A stretch of DNA of 36,740 bases, taken from Nitrospirota bacterium. Lineage in GTDB: Bacteria; Nitrospirota; UBA9217. The position numbers and the translations under genes were made by a program. Under the pieces are notes generated by a model. The model ran no database searches. It was not told where the DNA came from and was given only the letters and a program-made list of their open reading frames with translations. Below are positions 24,620-33,897 of the stretch, piece after piece. The stretch is taken from contig DASPSR010000059.1 in the NCBI GenBank assembly GCA_035623825.1, positions 1 through 36,740 of the forward strand. The letters run 5' to 3'. Position 1 is the stretch's first letter, and each line of letters opens with the position of its first letter.

Positions 24620-26230
24620 TCAGACGCTCGACCCCTCAGACCCTGGACTCGAAGTGTCTCCCGATTCAATCAGGCACTGCAGCATTTCGAGCTCGTCCTG
24701 GTCGAACCAGGTGAGGCCGCAGAAGCTGCACCGATCGATCTCGATCAGGTAAGCAAGGCTGTAGAATCCTCGAGACATCGGGTTTTTGCACTTGGCACAT
24801 CCATGGTGCTGGGCGGGGCTCTTGCCGCGCTTGTCCAGGTTCTGCTGTGCCATATGAAGCTGGTTCTCTTTAACCACCGTCTTCGCGAGCGCAATTATCC
24901 GTTCGGAGCAGGGATGATCCCTTCCGGTTCGAGCAAGTACACGCGGGATTCTACTGTTTTCAACGAGCGTGCCGGCGCAAAAACGGCACCGATAGACCTG
25001 CGTGCCCTCGTACGATTCCGTCACGAGCGGTTGTTGGCAGGACGGGCAGGCGAAGTCTGTGGCAATGCCTTCATGCTGAGAGAGCCGTGCTGTAAATATG
25101 GCATTGAGGAGCGGGTCCTTCCAGGAGCGTTCAACGGTCTTTTTGTCGCCCGTTGTGACCCAGGAAAGAGGCGAGAGCCACGGCAGCGCGCCAAGTTCGG
25201 CAATGGAGAATGGCCCCTGCCACTGCTGTTGGGGGTTCATGGCATAATACGTCGGTTGGGGAGGCTGCTGTGTGTCAACCGCCCCCGTCCCTGCTTTCTT
25301 GTCCAGCTCGGTTATGCTCACCCGCGCCATCTTGAGCAGAACATCTATCCTCTTGTCAATCGGCGGATGGGTCGAAAGCAGGTCGGCCCAGAAGCCCTCT
25401 GTTTCGTCCCGTGCCATCGTCCGGGGGTTCACGATGCAGAGCATCTCGAAACCGCTCCCGATGAACCCCGCGCCTCGCCATCTCCGCGAGAGCAGGTGCA
25501 GGGTCTCTGCAAGGGCTATCGGGTTTCTCGTCATGCGCACCGCGGCTGCGTCGGCGCGATACTCCCGCTCTCGCGAGATGAACATGGTCAGCAGATTGCT
25601 GAGCTTCAGCAGTCCCCAGGCCAACAGGAACGCTGGAGAAGAGTACGTCCTTTCCCTCGATGTCCCTTCCAGATTCTCCAGAGCCGCTGCATAGGCGCCA
25701 AAAAGGCTCGTGGCGACCGTTGCCTCAAGGCAGTCGCCGGAGAGAATGTGGTGAGCCTCATGCGCAATCACCGTTTCGAGCTGCGGACGACTCAGCCGGG
25801 ATAGCAGGCCCTCGGTGATGCCGATGACCGCCTCTCCCTTGAGGTCCTCTGCGGCCAGCGCGTTCAGGGAGAGCGACGGGATGACCGCGGACTGTATCTT
25901 TCTCTTGTTCCCGGTGACCACGCGGATCTCCTCCAGGATGTCCGTGAGCATCTTATGGACGTCGTCCTTTGGGTCCGGAGGCTGAGCGTTGAGACCGCGT
26001 ATAACGGTATTGACCGTATCGTACGCCGAGAACCAGAAATGGACGCCTGAGACAAAAAAAGCGAAAATCCCGGCAAAGATCCAGAAATGGGTGGTGGTAT
26101 GCACCAATACCGGGAGGAAGATCAACGCGACTATTCCCGTGGCGGCAAAGTAAACAAGCATGAGGATCAGGAAAAACACCCAGATGAGCCTGCTCTTTTG
26201 CCGTTCAATATCGATAAAGGTCAGGGGCAT
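24620..26230 (-). CDS. M48 (HtpX-like) zinc metalloprotease with C-terminal GYF_2-like and two Zn-ribbon domains
   Basis: HEAHH (HExxH), SREREYRADA and STHPP, then QWQGPFSIAEL, CPSC...CRFC and CAKC...CSFCGLTWFDQDEL. Confidence 0.88.
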   Translation of the reverse strand: MPLTFIDIERQKSRLIWVFFLILMLVYFAATGIVALIFLPVLVHTTTHFWIFAGIFAFFVSGVHFWFSAYDTVNTVIRGLNAQPPDPKDDVHKMLTDILEEIRVVTGNKRKIQSAVIPSLSLNALAAEDLKGEAVIGITEGLLSRLSRPQLETVIAHEAHHILSGDCLEATVATSLFGAYAAALENLEGTSRERTYSSPAFLLAWGLLKLSNLLTMFISREREYRADAAAVRMTRNPIALAETLHLLSRRWRGAGFIGSGFEMLCIVNPRTMARDETEGFWADLLSTHPPIDKRIDVLLKMARVSITELDKKAGTGAVDTQQPPQPTYYAMNPQQQWQGPFSIAELGALPWLSPLSWVTTGDKKTVERSWKDPLLNAIFTARLSQHEGIATDFACPSCQQPLVTESYEGTQVYRCRFCAGTLVENSRIPRVLARTGRDHPCSERIIALAKTVVKENQLHMAQQNLDKRGKSPAQHHGCAKCKNPMSRGFYSLAYLIEIDRCSFCGLTWFDQDELEMLQCLIESGDTSSPGSEGSSV

Positions 26231-26341
26231 GGCAAAAATCGGAAGACCGATGACACAACACAGAAAGCAGACTGGATCGAATCATTGGCACGACGAATGA
26301 ACTTCTCCGTCTGCTCTCTCGTCTGTTTTTCGCTATCTGCT

Positions 26342-26902
26342 TTACTTCCTCAGGCTCAGGTTCACGCTCGGGGTGGCGCGGTCTGCCTCTTCGGCCTCGA
26401 AGTACTCCTCGGGACGGAAGTTGAGCATGGATGAGATGATGTTGTTCGGGAACACCTGGAGCCTTGTTCGATAGTTTGCTACGAGGTCGTTGTAGAGCTG
26501 ACGAGCGAAGGAGATCCGGTTTTCTGTTGATGTCAGTTCCTCCTGCAGCTGCATGACGTTCTGGTTGCTCTTCAGGGCGGGGTAGTTCTCCATTACGGCG
26601 AAGAGCTTTCCCAGTGCTTGGGTAAGCGTGTTCTCGGCCTCTGCCTTGGCTGCGGGAGTCCCTGCGGACACGGCCTTCGCCCTGGCCGAAATCACCTTCT
26701 CGAGCGTATCCTGCTCGAACTCCATTGCACCCTTGACCGTGGAAACAAGGTTCGGGATCAGGTCATGCCTCCGCTTGAGCTGAACGTCAATCTGGTTCCA
26801 GGAGCCCTGAACATCGTTTCTGAGCGATACGAGACCGTTGTAAATCAAGATGATCCACACCAGAATCAAGCCGAGCACTGCGAGGACAATCCATCCACCC
26901 AT
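26342..26902 (-). CDS. lemA: LemA family protein
   Basis: YNGLV, WNQIDVQLKRRHDLIPNLV, ENYPALKS, TENRISFARQLYN and FPNNII. Start set at ATG 26902, which follows GGGAGG. Confidence 0.95.
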   Translation of the reverse strand: MGGWIVLAVLGLILVWIILIYNGLVSLRNDVQGSWNQIDVQLKRRHDLIPNLVSTVKGAMEFEQDTLEKVISARAKAVSAGTPAAKAEAENTLTQALGKLFAVMENYPALKSNQNVMQLQEELTSTENRISFARQLYNDLVANYRTRLQVFPNNIISSMLNFRPEEYFEAEEADRATPSVNLSLRK

Positions 26903-27003
26903 ACCAACCTCCCTGCGGACAATATTCAAGCTTCGCTTTGACGATGATAAAAACGATGTTTTTCGAATTATACCATATGTCCATTCCCAAGAGATCAGAA
27001 TTT

Positions 27004-27846
27004 TTAAGCCTCTTCCGCCAGAAGAGGCATGGCCGAGTGAGGGAGTATCCCGTGAGCTTCAGCTTCACTTAAAAGCCTGCGGACCGCTGCGAGACCTTCC
27101 TGTCCCAGGTCTAGAGAGAAGTCGTTCACATAAAGATCGATGTGTTTTCTCATGACGATCTCATCCATCTCCTGGCTGTGCGCTCTGCAGTATTCCATGA
27201 CCTCATCCGGATGACGCTGTGCATAGACAAGGCTCTGTCGGATGCCTTCTTCTACAAGGAGCAGTACGTCGTGACCAAGCGTTCGTTTCCCGAGTATTCC
27301 TCCCAGCGGTATCGGCAGTCCTGAGAACTGTTCCCACCATTCTCCGAGGTCGAGCAGCTTCTTGAGGTCATAGAGTGGATACGTGAAGCGGCTCTCGTGA
27401 ATGATGAGCCCAGCGGTTACGCTTCCCTTCGAAACCGCATCCATGATGCGGTTAAAAGCCATCTCCTGGACGTTCTCGATCGAGGGATCGAAGAGTCGAA
27501 GCAGAAGGTATGCCGTAGTGAGTTTGCCGGGAATCGCAACCAAGCCTCTTTTCAGATCGCTGGCGGTTGTCCCGGCCTTAGCAACAATGAGCGGGCCGCA
27601 TCCGCGTCCGAGCGCCCCCCCCGTGCGAAGCAGAGCATAGATCTCCCGGAGATGGCCAATGGTATGGTACGATATCTTTGTGATGTCGAGCCCACCGTTG
27701 AGCGCCATTCGGTTCAGTGTCTCGACATCTTCCAGTTGCTCCCGAAACACGATGCCGGGAACGCGGACTCTTCCGTGGATGAGGGCATAGAAGATGAACG
27801 TATCATTCGGACAGGGAGAGTAGCCGATGGTAAGGGTTTTCGTCAT
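27004..27846 (-). CDS. mqnD: 1,4-dihydroxy-6-naphthoate synthase
   Basis: GYSPCPNDTFIF, GGALGRGCGPL, IIHESRFTY, DLGEWWE and HIDLYVN. Confidence 0.95.
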   Translation of the reverse strand: MTKTLTIGYSPCPNDTFIFYALIHGRVRVPGIVFREQLEDVETLNRMALNGGLDITKISYHTIGHLREIYALLRTGGALGRGCGPLIVAKAGTTASDLKRGLVAIPGKLTTAYLLLRLFDPSIENVQEMAFNRIMDAVSKGSVTAGLIIHESRFTYPLYDLKKLLDLGEWWEQFSGLPIPLGGILGKRTLGHDVLLLVEEGIRQSLVYAQRHPDEVMEYCRAHSQEMDEIVMRKHIDLYVNDFSLDLGQEGLAAVRRLLSEAEAHGILPHSAMPLLAEEA

Positions 27847-28568
27847 GGTTCCCAGCCCTCCAGGATCTGCTGGACCGCTGTCTGCACAGATTCAGCTGCC
27901 GTCTGGATGTCCCATTTTGTCAGGTCACGGGCTTCAACGATGTTGGAAATCCCGCGCACCTCAAGCCATGGCAAGCCGTGCAGTTCAGCAACCTGCGCCA
28001 CAGCAGCGCCTTCCATGTTCTCACAGAGGCCGTGATAGCGCTCTTCCAGCTCCTTCGCGCGAAGAGAGGTCCCCGTGCACATGGAGACCGTGATGAACGT
28101 TCCTGTGTGAATTGTGGCATGCGTCTTGGTGTGCAAGAGGGCCTGCTGTGCTTTCCTGAGATGGCCGGCGGAGACGGGAAACCGGTTGTAGCGTTGCTCG
28201 TGGTCAGATCGGACAAGTGCTATTCCGATATATTCTGTGTCCTTGAATCCATCCGACGTCAGAACACCTTCGTCGCCTGCGATCTCTTCCGATGCAAGGG
28301 CGATATCGCCGACCGTTGCGCCCGATGAATGGTATGCCCCGCCCACGCCGAAAACGATGAATGCGCGTGGATCGAAATTCGAAATCAGGAGCGTGGCAGC
28401 GTGGGCCGCGTTGACCTTGCCCACCCCCCCGACGCAAAGGAGGATTTGCTGATTCGACAGTACGCCCTCAATGATCTGTTTGGCACCAAGCGTCCTCGTT
28501 CCTGTCACCGATGTTTTTGACAGGAGCAGTTCTGCTTCAGCCGATACAGAACACAGCAGGGCGATCAT
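27843..28568 (-). CDS. mqnB: Futalosine hydrolase
   Basis: PNP/MTAN fold motifs GVGKVNAA, FGVGGAY, ENMEGAAVA, EVRGISNIVEARD..W; directly upstream of mqnD. Start set at ATG 28568 after GAGGA. Confidence 0.9.
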   Translation of the reverse strand: MIALLCSVSAEAELLLSKTSVTGTRTLGAKQIIEGVLSNQQILLCVGGVGKVNAAHAATLLISNFDPRAFIVFGVGGAYHSSGATVGDIALASEEIAGDEGVLTSDGFKDTEYIGIALVRSDHEQRYNRFPVSAGHLRKAQQALLHTKTHATIHTGTFITVSMCTGTSLRAKELEERYHGLCENMEGAAVAQVAELHGLPWLEVRGISNIVEARDLTKWDIQTAAESVQTAVQQILEGWEP

Positions 28569-28575
28569 AAGGTCC

Positions 28576-29010
28576 TCATAATTCAAGCATTACAAGCCCT
28601 GTCCTGTCGTTCAGGGCCTTATGTGCATCGATGCCCAGGATCTCGGTGAGAACCGCCTCGATGACCAGAAACACTGTGCTGTCCTTGCGAATGCATCCCG
28701 TAAACGTCTCTTTCTCCCGACCGATGGCACCGTGGAGGTGGATGATCGGTTCTTCACCCTTCCAGAATAGTGTACCTATTCCAAGGACCTCGCGACCATC
28801 GCTGAAGTTCACCCAGAGGGGGTCCGGCGGTATGACCGCCTCTTTCGGGCCTGAAACAATCCCGGCAGAGCGCATTCCGCCCAGGAGCATGATGGTTCCG
28901 ACCATGATCCTTTCCTTGGTTGCCACTTTTTTCATCTCCTCGAGGATTTCGTCTTTGTCCTCGAATTTGAGCACAAATACCCTTCCGAATGACCCCTGTT
29001 TATATTTCAT
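28576..29010 (-). CDS. PPC/DUF296 domain protein
   Basis: GRVFVLKFE, EVLGIGTL and IHLHGAIGR motifs; 144 aa. Confidence 0.8.
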   Translation of the reverse strand: MKYKQGSFGRVFVLKFEDKDEILEEMKKVATKERIMVGTIMLLGGMRSAGIVSGPKEAVIPPDPLWVNFSDGREVLGIGTLFWKGEEPIIHLHGAIGREKETFTGCIRKDSTVFLVIEAVLTEILGIDAHKALNDRTGLVMLEL

Positions 29011-29121
29011 GCGCTCCCCTTTTATGTCCGCCTGATCCGAAAACCTATTCTCCAGGCCTCATTTCTTTGAAAAAAAGAAGATAGAACACCCCGCACGTCC
29101 CGAAATATACCATACTTTTCG

Positions 29122-29150
29122 TTGCACTTCTACCGCAAATTTGCTATTAT
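29122..29150 (+). promoter_or_regulatory. Putative promoter of aroC-aroK-aroB
   Basis: TTGCAC, 17-nt spacer, TATTAT with an extended TG. Confidence 0.55.
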
Positions 29151-29189
29151 GAGCCCTATTTTAGGGACTTTTCAAAAGGGGGGAATGTG

Positions 29190-30380
29190 ATGTTACGGTA
29201 CCTGACGGCAGGGGAATCGCATAGCGAACTGTTGATGGGGATCATCGAGGGGATGCCTTCGGGCCTCCTCATCCGCGTGACGGATATCGACCGTGACCTT
29301 GCCAGGAGGCAGGCAGGCTACGGTCGGGGGGGCCGAATGAAGATCGAGAAGGACACGGTAAAGATATTCACCGGTGTGCGCTGGGGACGAACCATCGGCA
29401 GCCCCGTTGGCCTCATGATCCGCAACAGGGACTGGGAGAACTGGCGGGATAAGATGTCGCCGGACCCCATGTTTCTGAACACCGCCGAACCGGTCACGCG
29501 GCCGCGTCCGGGGCACGCCGACCTTCCCGGATTGCTGAAGTACGGCACGTCCGACATCAGGAACATCCTGGAACGTTCAAGCGCGCGGGAGACAGCCATG
29601 CGCGTGGCGGTAGGCGCGGTGGCAAAAAGGCTCTTGGAGGGGTTCGGCATCGAGGTAATGAGCCATGTGGTCAGCATCGGGGGCGTATTCGCCAAGGTGC
29701 CGCATGTGTCGCCTCAAGAGATCAAGAAGCGAGCCGAGGTATCGGAACTCCGATGCTCTGATGTTGAGGCCGAAAAGAGGATGATGCGAAAGATCGACGA
29801 GATGAAGGCCGCAGGCGATTCCGTGGGCGGTGTTTTCGAACTGATAATCACCGGCGTTCCCGTGGGGCTCGGCAGCCACACACACTGGGACCGGAAACTC
29901 GACGGCAGGCTCGCCGCAGCTATTATGAGCATCCAGGCAATCAAGGGGGTAGAGATAGGTGCCGGCTTCGGTACGTCAAACCGGCCCGGATCTCTTGTGC
30001 ATGATGAGATCCTCTGGAGCAGGAAGACCGGGTTCCACCGCAAAACAAATATGGCTGGCGGCATCGAGGGCGGAATGAGCAACGGGGAGCACATCGTGAT
30101 ACGAGCGGCGATGAAGCCCATCCCCACGCTCATGAAACCGCTCCGATCCGTAGACGTCATGAGCAAGAAGCCTTTCCGGGCTGGTGTGGAGCGTTCCGAC
30201 GTCTGTGCCGTACCTGCGGCGGGGGTTGTGGCAGAGGCTGTGGCCGCGTTCGAAATCGCGTCTGCCATGATCGAAAAATTCGGCGGTGATAGCTTCGACG
30301 AAATGAAGAGGAATTACGACGGTTACATGAAGCACATCCGTTTCAGGATGGGAGTGGAAGAAAACCAAGGGGGGAAGTAG
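29190..30380 (+). CDS. aroC: Chorismate synthase
   Basis: LTAGESH, RPRPGHAD, ERSSARETA, GGIEGGMSNG, MKPIPTL and ERSDVC. Confidence 0.98.
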   Translation: MLRYLTAGESHSELLMGIIEGMPSGLLIRVTDIDRDLARRQAGYGRGGRMKIEKDTVKIFTGVRWGRTIGSPVGLMIRNRDWENWRDKMSPDPMFLNTAEPVTRPRPGHADLPGLLKYGTSDIRNILERSSARETAMRVAVGAVAKRLLEGFGIEVMSHVVSIGGVFAKVPHVSPQEIKKRAEVSELRCSDVEAEKRMMRKIDEMKAAGDSVGGVFELIITGVPVGLGSHTHWDRKLDGRLAAAIMSIQAIKGVEIGAGFGTSNRPGSLVHDEILWSRKTGFHRKTNMAGGIEGGMSNGEHIVIRAAMKPIPTLMKPLRSVDVMSKKPFRAGVERSDVCAVPAAGVVAEAVAAFEIASAMIEKFGGDSFDEMKRNYDGYMKHIRFRMGVEENQGGK

Positions 30381-30456
30381 AGACTGCTCGTAGGACCTTG
30401 CCGATGATCCAATGCAGGACCATGAACTGTCCACCGATCTAACGAGCTGATTTATT

Positions 30457-30972
30457 ATGTTCAAAAACATCATTCTCACCGGTTTTATGGGCGTAGGCAA
30501 GACGAGCATTGGGACACGCCTTGCCCGTGACCTCGGCTACACCTTTGTGGATACCGACGAACTCATCGAGGCTGACCAGAGGATTACTATTACCGAAATC
30601 TTTTCTACCTTCAGCGAACCCTATTTTCGCGACGTCGAGACCCGCATCATCCGGACCGTGCTCGAAGGCGAAAACCAGGTGGTCTCCACGGGGGGCGGTG
30701 CGGTTATCCGCGAAGAGAACCGCAAGGTATTCAAGGAAACCGGCATTGTAATCTGTCTCACAGCTCGTTCCGAAATAATCTATGAGCGGATAAAACATGA
30801 AACACACCGGCCTCTCCTCAAGGTCAACGATCCTATGGCCAGGATCCGAGAACTCCTTGAAAACCGGGCGAATTTTTATAATCAGGCCGATCTCATTATC
30901 GACACCTCGGAGAAATCGGTAGATGAGGCCGTACGAGAAATCAAGGAGAAGGTACGTTATGCACGTTGTTAA
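30457..30972 (+). CDS. aroK: Shikimate kinase
   Basis: GFMGVGKT P-loop, DTD, FRDVE, STGGG and RPLL. Confidence 0.96.
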   Translation: MFKNIILTGFMGVGKTSIGTRLARDLGYTFVDTDELIEADQRITITEIFSTFSEPYFRDVETRIIRTVLEGENQVVSTGGGAVIREENRKVFKETGIVICLTARSEIIYERIKHETHRPLLKVNDPMARIRELLENRANFYNQADLIIDTSEKSVDEAVREIKEKVRYARC

Positions 30973-32041
30973 GGTAAGCCTCGGCGATCGGAGTTATGAC
31001 ATCGAGATCGGAACGAGTCTGGACCATATTGGCGGTCGGCTCCAAGGCCTCGGTTTTGGCCAAAAGCTCGCCCTCGTCACGAACCCAACAATAAAGAATC
31101 TCTACGGACAGCGCGTTGCCGACAGCCTCAAGATGGCAGGGTTTCTAGTCCTCTCGATCGAGATCCCGGACGGCGAGCGGTACAAGACCCTTGACTGGGC
31201 CAATGCCATCTATACGGCGCTCCTCATCAACGGCTTTGACAGAAAATCCGCGCTCGCCGCGCTCGGCGGCGGTGTAATCGGCGACCTAACAGGCTTTGCA
31301 GCGGCCACATTCATGCGAGGTGTGCCCCTTGTGCAGATACCGACTACGCTCCTTGCCATGGTGGACAGCAGTGTGGGTGGCAAGACCGGCGTGAACCACC
31401 CCATGGGCAAGAACATGATCGGCGCCTTCTACCAGGCAAGGAAAGTGCTCATAGACCTTGGCGTGCTCAAAACCCTTCCCAAGGAAGAATTCCTCTCGGG
31501 CATGGCGGAGGTAATCAAGTATGGTGTCATCTGGGACGCAGATCTGTTCGACTACCTCGACAAGAACCGGGAGAAGATCCTTTCTCTCGATTCCAATGCG
31601 CTTATACACATCATACGTCGTTCCTGCGAAATCAAGGCAACCGTAGTGAGCAAGGACGAGCGGGAGGGAGGGCTCCGCTCGATTCTGAACTTCGGCCACA
31701 CCGTCGGCCACTCCCTCGAGACGGCGGAGAACTACACTATGCGCCATGGATATGCCATAGCTATAGGCATGATCTATGCTTCGCGGCTCGCCAATAAATC
31801 CGGCCTTTGCGATTCTTCCGTCCCCAATCGCGTGGAAGGGCTCATCAAATCCTATGGCCTGCCGACAAATCTCGCTGCTCTCAACCGCAAACCGACTTTG
31901 ACTGAGCTTATGGAAACCATGCAAATCGACAAAAAAACCGAAGGCGGCAAGGTGCGGTTCGTCCTGCCGAAAAGGATTGGCGAGGTGGTTACCACCAAGG
32001 ATTGGGACGAGGGTGCGTTGAAAATAGCCTTGAATGAATAA
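30959..32041 (+). CDS. aroB: 3-dehydroquinate synthase
   Basis: GGGVIGDL, PTTLLAMVDSSVGGKTGVN, KNMIGAF and LNFGHTVGH. Start set at ATG 30959 after AAGGAG. Confidence 0.97.
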   Translation: MHVVKVSLGDRSYDIEIGTSLDHIGGRLQGLGFGQKLALVTNPTIKNLYGQRVADSLKMAGFLVLSIEIPDGERYKTLDWANAIYTALLINGFDRKSALAALGGGVIGDLTGFAAATFMRGVPLVQIPTTLLAMVDSSVGGKTGVNHPMGKNMIGAFYQARKVLIDLGVLKTLPKEEFLSGMAEVIKYGVIWDADLFDYLDKNREKILSLDSNALIHIIRRSCEIKATVVSKDEREGGLRSILNFGHTVGHSLETAENYTMRHGYAIAIGMIYASRLANKSGLCDSSVPNRVEGLIKSYGLPTNLAALNRKPTLTELMETMQIDKKTEGGKVRFVLPKRIGEVVTTKDWDEGALKIALNE

Positions 32042-32116
32042 TCATATGTGTGCGCGTTTCTTGCCTAACAATATTCGCACCATATCCTCTCCCTGAAGCG
32101 GCAGTGTTTACGGTGC

Positions 32117-33556
32117 ATGGAGACAATTATTGACAGCATGAATCCTCCCACGTTGACATATCTTTCCCAGCTTATTTCACTCTCATATAACACAATCTAT
32201 CTCGTCGGCGGATCGGTCCGTGACCTCCTGTTAGGGGAACCGGGAATCAAAGATATAGACCTTCTGATGACCTCGGGTTCGGAAGCTGTGGCGCGGTCTT
32301 TTGCCGATAAAATTGACGGGAGCTTTTTCTTTCTCGATCAAGAGCGGAAGATCACACGCGTGGTGAAACATGCGGATGGAGGGCCGCTTCAGTTCGACTT
32401 CACCAACTTCGACGGAGCGGACCTTGAGGCGGATCTGGCAAGACGCGATTTCACGATCAACGCCATGGCGCTCGATTTGAGGGAGTTCGTCAATAACCAA
32501 TCCCTCGAAAAGGTCATCGACCCGTTCCACGGGAAAGATGACATAAAAAACAGGCTCATCCGCGTGGTGAAAGCCGAGGCCTTGGATGAAGACCCTCTGC
32601 GACTTTTGCGTGCTGTGCGTTTTGCGGCTACTCTGCGTTTTACCATTGATCACGCCACTGCTGAATATATCCGGCATCGCTCGAAACTGATTACGGTACC
32701 CTCCCCCGAACGTCAGAGGGACGAACTCTTTTTGCTCCTTTCGGAAAGAGATGCGAAAAAGCATCTCCAACTTATGGACTCCCTCGGCCTCCTCTCCCCG
32801 CTGCTGCCGGAGCTCGATCCGCTCCGAGGATTTTTCCCGGGCAAGTACCATGCTCACGATGTACTTTCGCATTCCATCAGGACCGCAGGATACATTGACA
32901 GTGTGCTGGATGACCTGCCGAAGATATCACCAGATCACGCTGCGAGACTGCTCGGCCATCTCGAAGAATCAATTGAGCTCCTGGTACCGCGGAAGGCGGC
33001 GCTCCGCTTTGCCTGCCTGCTGCATGACATGGCAAAGCCGGAAACATACACCACCACTGACGGCCATGTGAGGTTTCACGGGCATGACAATCTCGGCGCG
33101 GAAAAGGCAGCGCTGGTGTGCAGGCGGTTCCGGCTCTCGCGTGATTCAGAAAAAGCGGTCACCAAGGTCGTCAAACAGCACATGCGTCTCTTCAATCTCT
33201 CAGCCGCCGGAGGGCCGAGCAAAAATGCCATGTACCGGTACTGTCGCGATCTCGGGGACGTCTTGCCGGAAAGTCTCATCCTGGCCCAAGCTGACGCCCG
33301 TGCGACTTACGAGATCATGCCCAAAGAGAAGTTTACGGACACAGGAGAAACCATGGCCGCGGTCCTGGACTATTACTATGAGAAATTCCTCAAGACCGAG
33401 TCCGGACCGCTCGTGACCGGACAGGATCTAATCGAACTGGGGTTCAAGCCCGGCCCGCATTTCCGGGAGATCTTAGAGGACGTCAAAGAGCGGCAGGCCG
33501 AGGGCACGCTCAAAGACCGCCGGGAAGCCCTTTCATATATAAAAACCCTCCGGTGA
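32117..33556 (+). CDS. Class II tRNA nucleotidyltransferase with HD domain (possibly CC-adding)
   Basis: LVGGSVRD, DID, RRDFTINAMA, EDPLRLLRAVRF, ERQRDE and LLHDMAKP. The start may instead be ATG 32138. Confidence 0.9.
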   Translation: METIIDSMNPPTLTYLSQLISLSYNTIYLVGGSVRDLLLGEPGIKDIDLLMTSGSEAVARSFADKIDGSFFFLDQERKITRVVKHADGGPLQFDFTNFDGADLEADLARRDFTINAMALDLREFVNNQSLEKVIDPFHGKDDIKNRLIRVVKAEALDEDPLRLLRAVRFAATLRFTIDHATAEYIRHRSKLITVPSPERQRDELFLLLSERDAKKHLQLMDSLGLLSPLLPELDPLRGFFPGKYHAHDVLSHSIRTAGYIDSVLDDLPKISPDHAARLLGHLEESIELLVPRKAALRFACLLHDMAKPETYTTTDGHVRFHGHDNLGAEKAALVCRRFRLSRDSEKAVTKVVKQHMRLFNLSAAGGPSKNAMYRYCRDLGDVLPESLILAQADARATYEIMPKEKFTDTGETMAAVLDYYYEKFLKTESGPLVTGQDLIELGFKPGPHFREILEDVKERQAEGTLKDRREALSYIKTLR

Positions 33557-33897
33557 CATCCCCGCCTGAGGGTAGGTGCTTCCCGAAACAGGCCTTTTAA
33601 CCCCCGGCTGCAGATTCCGAGTGCAGTGCGGCAGGGATGTTCGGCATGTCGACGTTCATCAGTATTGATCACGGAGAGGGGCCCTGGAGAACGCGGTCAG
33701 TTTTCGCCTTTCATGGCACATACGCATCAGGCCTGGCTCGCGTAGCCCGCGGCATCATGAGGGACGCTGAGCCTCTGAGGATTGACAAACTCCTTGACAA
33801 CAATTATTGATTGATTTATATATATAATTTAGCGGACTAGTCGTTCAAGAATTCGCAAAAAATCCCAAACCATGCCGCAACTGCCATCTCTTCACTT

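Noticed and set aside
24803-25804. 333-aa plus-strand ORF and the many other long antisense ORFs
   Set aside because: Shadow frames opposite well-supported genes in GC-rich coding DNA.
33560-33780. Possible tRNA-Sec or Moco riboswitch
   Set aside because: No cloverleaf, T-loop or UCA anticodon arm, and no Moco consensus segments found.
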